The position numbers and the translations under genes were made by a program. The notes under the pieces were generated by a model that saw only the letters and a program-made list of their open reading frames with translations, was not told the origin of the DNA and ran no database searches. This document shows, piece after piece, positions 48,221-55,692 of a stretch of DNA of 55,692 nucleotides. The stretch's first letter is position 1. The number at the start of each line of letters is the position of its first letter. Source of the DNA: Octopus bimaculoides (Eukaryota); assembly GCF_001194135.2 (NCBI RefSeq), contig NC_069001.1, positions 38,846,536-38,902,227 of the forward strand. Reading direction: 5' to 3'.

Positions 48221-48671
48221 TGTCACTGTATTAACCCTGGCAACTGTCCGCTTGATGGTAATTGTTTGGCAAAACCTACAGTTTACTGCTTTAAGATGCA
48301 TTTAAGCAACAGCTGTCCATAAAAGTCCTACATCAATCTAACCAAACATAGCTTTAAAATACAAATCTATCAGCATAGTTATTCTTTCAATAATTCTCAA
48401 AGATGCTGTATAACATTTTCATTCAAGTACATTTGACTGCTTTAGGAGATGCCCAGCCATACGGTCAACACCACTCGGTCCATCTTAGATTACGTCCAAC
48501 CACAGTGACAGGGAAATTTTAGACACAAGACCTGTTGTCAGCTTTGTCTAATTGAGAAAATGTTTTATCTTGCAGCAAGTTCGCAAGAGCACAAAGCTCC
48601 AATCAGAACTGTGAAATTTCTGCAAATGCGCAGCATTAAGGTTCTTTTTGGCCTACTATAAACCATCTTAA
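48221..48671 (+). mobile_element. Penelope-like element (PLE) 3' remnant: Cys-rich linker plus GIY-YIG endonuclease
   Basis: CHCINPGNCPLDGNCLAKPTVYC, KSYINLTKHSFKIQIYQHSYSFNN, KYI* (probably KYIW), ILDYVQP, CQLCLIEKMFYL and KCAALRFFLAYYKPS*, in the order expected for PLE CxCxxxxxCPLxGxC..VY / YIGxT..FK.R...H / CxLCLxEK. Confidence 0.75.
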
Positions 48672-49330
48672 GACTTAATATGCTTTACACTTTTGCTTAA
48701 CTAAAATCTCTGTAAAGCATTGCAGCGATTTTTTGTCAACTTCTTTTCAACTCATTTCTGAAGAGTTTTCATTACTCCCGGAAACTCCCACGTGACGCTT
48801 CCTCGTATGTTTCGTGTTCTTTCAACATTAATCAATTTCATCTCGTTTTGTTCAATTTTAATTTTTGCTTCTTATTTTTTGTTTCTTATTTTCATCTATT
48901 TTCTTTTAATTAATCTTTTCAATATTTCCTCATATCATCTATATTCCTTCTCACCTTTAACCTCTCCATTTGTCATCATTCATAATTTTCTTCATTCATC
49001 ACTCACTCGGTTGCGTTTATTATTCTAATTCACCTGATCCACCACCCTCCCCATCGCCATCTTATACTCCTGCGGCAAATATGTGTGTTTATTGGAAAGT
49101 GTAATCAGCCGGAACAAGAAGCCATGCCAGAGTGTGTTTGCACAACTGGGATGCAGTGTGGTTCGATCCCACAGCGCGGCATCCTACTTAACTGACATTC
49201 TCGAATTTTCTACTGTGATTGTGTATGAGAGTCTGTGAAATACTCTGCCATATCGACACGTTAGTTCAAGGGCAGGTAATTCATTTGATATTACAACTGA
49301 ATCTTCATCGTCGAAACCGACAGATATCCA

Positions 49331-49408
<78 letters not shown>

Positions 49409-49918
49409 ATACATCTATGTGTGTTTGTCTTCGTATCTGTATTTGTCTCCACCACCACTTGACAACCCGGTGTTGGTGTGTTTACGTCCCGTTACTAAGC
49501 GGTTCGGTGAAAGAGACCACTAGGCCTAGAAAAAAGTCCCGGGGTCGATTTGTTTGACTAGAGAGAGTTTTTGAAGGCGCTGCCCCAGCATGGCCGCAGT
49601 CAGATGACTGAAACAAATAAAAGAATAGAAGCTATCGACTCAGACCCGGAGCTATAGGAGAAGACCCCTGCCCTGCCCTCGATGCTGCCCATTGGCACCG
49701 AACTTAAGGCCACATGGTTGCAAGCCAAGCTTCTTAACAACGCTGCCACGCCTGCCTCTTATAGTTTTATGAAAGTGCAATACAAGCGTACATAAGTATA
49801 GTGCGTGTGTTCATTAGATGTCAACCATGACTCTACCAACAACACACATCACAGGATTTCAATGTTTGCGCAAATATTTACAGGAAACGGACAAGAAAAT
49901 GTAGTTATGTCAACAACA

Positions 49919-49953
<35 letters not shown>

Positions 49954-50031
49954 CATCACCGCCACCACAAATACCACCATCACTACTAATGCTACGACGA
50001 CGACGACGACGACGACGTCCACCACCAACAT

Positions 50032-50073
<42 letters not shown>

Positions 50074-53000
50074 CTTTTAACGGCTGTAGATGTAAACAAG
50101 GTTTAGTTGAACACCTTAAATAAACCTGTTGACCTTTCCTATAATGGCTTGGGAGGGGGAGGAGAGGAGTGTGATGGGGGAGAGGCAGAAGACGAAGGAG
50201 GAGGAGGAGAAGGAAAAGAGCTCTCGGTCGTCAGCTGTGATTGGATAGATGTAAGTTTGACGCCGTTCCAGCCATGGCCATCCAATTTTATGAAAGACTA
50301 TTGGGATTTGTCGTAGATTTAGCTGCTAATTCTAGCAAATCAAGCGACCGCAATAAATGCTTCCTTGTTGACTGCCTGTCTGTCTGCCTGCCTGACTGTC
50401 TTTGGGTCGACCTATGTGTCTATATGTTTGTGTGTGTCTGTGTGTCACTGTTTATCAACAGAGTATCTTTTGATAGAAATACATGTTGGCCTTGTTGTTG
50501 TTGTTGTTGTTCTCTCGTTGATTCTTTCACCTTTCTATAGTTTAATCAAATGACCAACACCATCCCCACCACTAAACCACCACCACCACCATCATCATCA
50601 TCGTCATCATCGCTATCGTTCTAACAAAACCCGGACGGCGACGACGACCATCACCGCCACCACCGCCGCCGCTACCACCGCCATCACCACTATCACCGCC
50701 ACCCTCACAACCACTACAACCATCATCGCTATCATCACTACACCGTCGCCGTTGCAACCACCTCCACCGCCACCATCAAACATGTGTAACCNNNNNNNNN
50801 NNNNNNNNNNNNNNNNNNNNNNNNNNNNNNNNNNNNNNNNNNNNNNNNNNNNNNNNNNNNNNNNNNNNNNNNNNNNNNNNNNNNNNNNNNNNNNNNNNNN
50901 NNNNNNNNNNNNNNNNNNNNNNNNNNNNNNNNNNNNNNNNNNNNNNNNNNNNNNNNNNNNNNNNNNNNNNNNNNNNNNNNNNNNNNNNNNNNNNNNNNNN
51001 NNNNNNNNNNNNNNNNNNNNNNNNNNNNNNNNNNNNNNNNNNNNNNNNNNNNNNNNNNNNNNNNNNNNNNNNNNNNNNNNNNNNNNNNNNNNNNNNNNNN
51101 NNNNNNNNNNNNNNNNNNNNNNNNNNNNNNNNNNNNNNNNNNNNNNNNNNNNNNNNNNNNNNNNNNNNNNNNNNNNNNNNNNNNNNNNNNNNNNNNNNNN
51201 NNNNNNNNNNNNNNNNNNNNNNNNNNNNNNNNNNNNNNNNNNNNNNNNNNNNNNNNNNNNNNNNNNNNNNNNNNNNNNNNNNNNNNNNNNNNNNNNNNNN
51301 NNNNNNNNNNNNNNNNNNNNNNNNNNNNNNNNNNNNNNNNNNNNNNNNNNNNNNNNNNNNNNNNNNNNNNNNNNNNNNNNNNNNNNNNNNNNNNNNNNNN
51401 NNNNNNNNNNNNNNNNNNNNNNNNNNNNNNNNNNNNNNNNNNNNNNNNNNNNNNNNNNNNNNNNNNNNNNNNNNNNNNNNNNNNNNNNNNNNNNNNNNNN
51501 NNNNNNNNNNNNNNNNNNNNNNNNNNNNNNNNNNNNNNNNNNNNNNNNNNNNNNNNNNNNNNNNNNNNNNNNNNNNNNNNNNNNNNNNNNNNNNNNNNNN
51601 NNNNNNNNNNNNNNNNNNNNNNNNNNNNNNNNNNNNNNNNNNNNNNNNNNNNNNNNNNNNNNNNNNNNNNNNNNNNNNNNNNNNNNNNNNNNNNNNNNNN
51701 NNNNNNNNNNNNNNNNNNNNNNNNNNNNNNNNNNNNNNNNNNNNNNNNNNNNNNNNNNNNNNNNNNNNNNNNNNNNNNNNNNTCTGTCTCCCGAGAAGCT
51801 ACACACACTTCACCAACTTCTTGTACCTATCAATAGCAAAAATGACCTATCTTATTGTTGCCACCAGAGGTGCTCCCTGTTAAGGAATTTGAAGCTGACA
51901 ATCCAGACATGCCGCTCTAGGCCTGACTGTCTCACACACAGGGACAAGGCATTTAATTCCTGCCACCCGTATAGGCTACAGCCACACCCATGTTGATCAT
52001 TAAACCTCAATTGCAACCCAACAGCACGAAATTTGGTTATTCCCACATAAAGATCACTGTCGTTAGTGTGTTAACACTCTTCTGAAAGACGACCGAAGTA
52101 CTTACTGACCAGCGCCATGTATGGCGCTCCAATACAAGGAACTGGCGTAGTTGTTGAATCCGCTGCATCGTAACCTCTCGCTAAAGCGACGACAGCATCC
52201 TGTCAACTTTCTGTCTGAACACGCAGACCTAAAAATAAGTAGCTGGTGTCGCTTTCCCAGCATTAATACCACGTAATCTGAGCTGACCAATAGAAGCCTA
52301 ATATTAAAAAACCATTTTGAATTTGTCTCAAATCTCTCCATTCTGTCCTAGCATTTGACGAGATGGACTCGTCCATGCTCCCACGAAATTTTAAGTTATG
52401 TGGAGTTGAGTTAAGCTGTTATTGATTATATATATATATATACGTGTATGTATGAGCAACGAAAGATGCCTCTACATGGTAGCTCGAGTAGAGAGAAGTA
52501 ACAGCCAAATTTCCCTTAAATCACACCCTCCGGCCGTGGGAAACAAATAACTCATTAGACAATGCACTCCTCGGTACACTGAGGCAAGGAAGGAAACAGG
52601 TTGACTTTAATCCTATGGATCTACTAGTACAGAACTAGCATAGTGCCAAACGAGAAGAACAACAGCAACAAACTGACCAGCGAGGAGTGGGTGCAGTGAT
52701 GCTGTGGGTGATGTCCCCTCTTTCGTTGTCAACCTAATCCTAGTCTTTTATGAAAAAAAAAACACTAGAAAAAAAAAACAAAAAAACCAGGAACGAATAT
52801 AAGCGAAGACGAATATGAAAAAAACAAATATAAATATCAAAACGTAAAAAAAAAACCTACAAAAAAAAACAACGCGAAATTATTAACAATTGATATCATT
52901 GTAAAGATTGTGTTTCTGTGGAATTGGTTGATGTTGATGTTGTTGTTGCTGTCGTTGTATGCTGTTGTTGTTGTTGTTGTTTTGTAGTTGTTGCTGATGT

Positions 53001-54151
53001 AGAAAAAATACTTTTTTGGTAGGAAATATTCGGGTTTTTGGGAATGGTGAAGGGAAAAAACCGGAAGTGTCAGATATTGTCAAAATGATAATAGAAATTA
53101 CAATAGCAGCAGCAGTAGTAGTCGTAGTCACAGTAGTAGTAGTCGTAGTAACTGTTGTCGTGGTAGTACTATTAGATTATATTGGTATTATTATTATTAT
53201 TATTATTATTATTAGTAGTAGTAGTGGTAATAGTGGCAGTAGTAGTGGTATTGTTTATGGCGGAAGCAGTAGCAGTGGTGGTGATGATGGTAATTGTACT
53301 ATTAGCTGTGGTGGTGGTGGTGGTGGTCGTAAATACAACAACCGTACGAGAGACTAGGGTGTGTATGGGAAGTATGAGATGTCTTATACTGAAGAGAGAG
53401 AGAGAGAGAGAGAAAGAATAAAGGTAAACTGTACAGTGTAGATTGTGTCTATTTACATTGGTGGTGGTTGTAGTAGTGGATTTGGTGGTGTTGATGGTGT
53501 GGACGTTGGTTGTGGTGGTGAGATGTATCTGTATAAATATTGACTTGGGGACAGCTATTATATCTCAGCTCTAACACAAATGTTGTGAGTATAAGTACAT
53601 ACATACATACATACAGATGTGTGTGAAGGCACGTGACCTAATTGTTAGGTCGCTAGATCGTCAGTTCAATTCCCAGTGCGTTGTGCTGTTGAGCAAAACT
53701 ACTTCATTTTACGTTGGTCCAGTCCACTCAGCTGTCAATGGGTCACACTGTGACAGCATACATAGCCTTTTGATGCGGGGGGATTTTGGTCTGCTCACTT
53801 AGCCATCATTCAAAAAGTAAAACCGATCGAAATGCATTGTGACTAGCGGTGTCCCAGCTGATGCGATGAAGGGAGCGGTCTGTTCGTGAAATTAACGTGC
53901 AAATTGCTGAGTACTCCACAGAGTAAATATGTATGTATGTATGTGCAGATTTGTATGTATTCTCATGCATATAGTTGCATATCTAGACATGCACATATAT
54001 ATTTAAATGATAAACTTCTGGAAAGTTATACAGATTTTTACAGTTCCAGCGATCTGTAGTCTTCGAATTAGCTTTCTCCTTTCTGGTTTTGAGAAGTCTA
54101 ATTTCTTAAGATTGGTATTTAGGCAATGTGTTACATATCCATATGTATGTA

Positions 54152-54213
<62 letters not shown>

Positions 54214-55102
54214 NNNNNNNNNNNNNNNNNNNNNNNNNNNNNNNNNNNNNNNNNNNNNNNNNNNNNNNNNNNNNNNNNNNNNNNNNNNNNNNNNNNNNNN
54301 NNNNNNNNNNNNNNNNNNNNNNNNNNNNNNNNNNNNNNNNNNNNNNNNNNNNNNNNNNNNNNNNNNNNNNNNNNNNNNNNNNNNNNNNNNNNNNNNNNNN
54401 NNNNNNNNNNNNNNNNNNNNNNNNNNNNNNNNNNNNNNNNNNNNNNNNNNNNNNNNNNNNNNNNNNNNNNNNNNNNNNNNNNNNNNNNNNNNNNNNNNNN
54501 NNNNNNNNNNNNNNNNNNNNNNNNNNNNNNNNNNNNNNNNNNNNNNNNNNNNNNNNNNNNNNNNNNNNNNNNNNNNNNNNNNNNNNNNNNNNNNNNNNNN
54601 NNNNNNNNNNNNNNNNNNNNNNNNNNNNNNNNNNNNTATACATATATGCATATACCGACTCCCAAACCCGTAGCCTCCGCACGTACTGTATTAAAATGTC
54701 GACCGTAATGGTGGTTTCTTTTGTCACGTCATAATTGAAGACATGAAAAATTAACGGATTTATTTATTTATTTGTTTATTAATCAATTAATTAATTTATC
54801 AAAATTTTATATGTTTTAGCGCAAAAACAAAAAGGAAAACCTGTTTCGTTCTTCTTGGTTGTCTTGTTTAGCACGAACACCCCCTCCATCAGGATTGATA
54901 CTGTTGTAGTCGTTGTCATTCTCCTTCTTTCTCTCTTCTGTTTGTTTGTTGTTGTTGTTGTTCTTCTTCTCCATCATCATAATCCACATCATCATCATCA
55001 TCTTCACAGAACTATCTCCGCAACCCGAACGCATTATTTACTGATACTATCATCATCTTTAGCATCATCATCATCATCATCATCACTATTATCATCATCA
55101 TC

Positions 55103-55143
<41 letters not shown>

Positions 55144-55648
55144 TATTATATGAAAACTCACAGCTTGTTTTCCTGGGTATGGTGGAAAGTGTCAGCTGTC
55201 CACAGCCAGCAGACTAAGGTGGCACTTGTTTATTGGTCAGGCTTCAAGAACCCTGCCAAGAATTCTTGCAGTTCCAAGCCGATCTAATTGTTGTAGGTGT
55301 TCGACCTTCACCCTTGCACCAATCTATTATTACTATTATTATTATTACTATTATTATTATTATTATTATTGTTATTATTATTGTTATTATTATTATTATT
55401 ATTATATGGCATTTGTCCAATGCATAGAATTAACAACGAGGAACGCAAACTGGCCATCGCCGACTGCGGTCTCTTTGTATGCCACTGAAATGCCAACCGA
55501 ACATGTTGCCTTGCACGTGGTTAAGGACCACCACATCACATCTAACGAGTCGAATAAAATTTACTTGAAACACATACGTACACTCACATGTATAAACATA
55601 CATGAATATATATTTACACATGTGCATGCATACACATGTATACACACA

Positions 55649-55692
<44 letters not shown>

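Noticed and set aside
51783-52360. Higher-complexity island next to a gap, possibly a decayed retroelement or exon
   Set aside because: All frames are interrupted and I could not match any motif with confidence.

Overview
AT-rich, microsatellite- and SINE-dense metazoan genomic DNA with nine N-gaps. The repeat families look like Octopus/coleoid cephalopod (inference from recognised SINE motifs, not verified by search). Two protein-coding genes are supported. (1) The 3' part of a single G9a/GLP-type H3K9 methyltransferase (EHMT1/2) on the + strand: 19 visible GT-AG exons from 726 to 15325 that splice in phase into 707 aa (Cys-rich region, ankyrin repeats, pre-SET, SET, post-SET). One ankyrin exon is probably hidden in the gap 4104-4985, and the 5' end lies outside the window. 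(2) An uninterrupted Frizzled ORF on the - strand (30904-32613; the ORF track starts it at a GTG at 32661). It keeps the 10-Cys CRD, 7TM and KTxxxW but is unusually derived: several class-F activation microswitches are replaced, ICL3 is short, and the ECL3 cysteines are absent. The rest is intronic/intergenic: SINE and retroposon-tail copies, decayed mariner, Tc1-like, Merlin/IS1595-like and Penelope-like remnants, MITE/foldback inverted repeats and mini/microsatellites. A CpG-depleted (probably methylated) block runs from base 1 to about 22 kb, well past the EHMT stop, then CpG density rises. Most ORFs in the supplied track are artefacts of N-gaps or simple repeats. All alignments and counts were made by eye from memory of family sequences.
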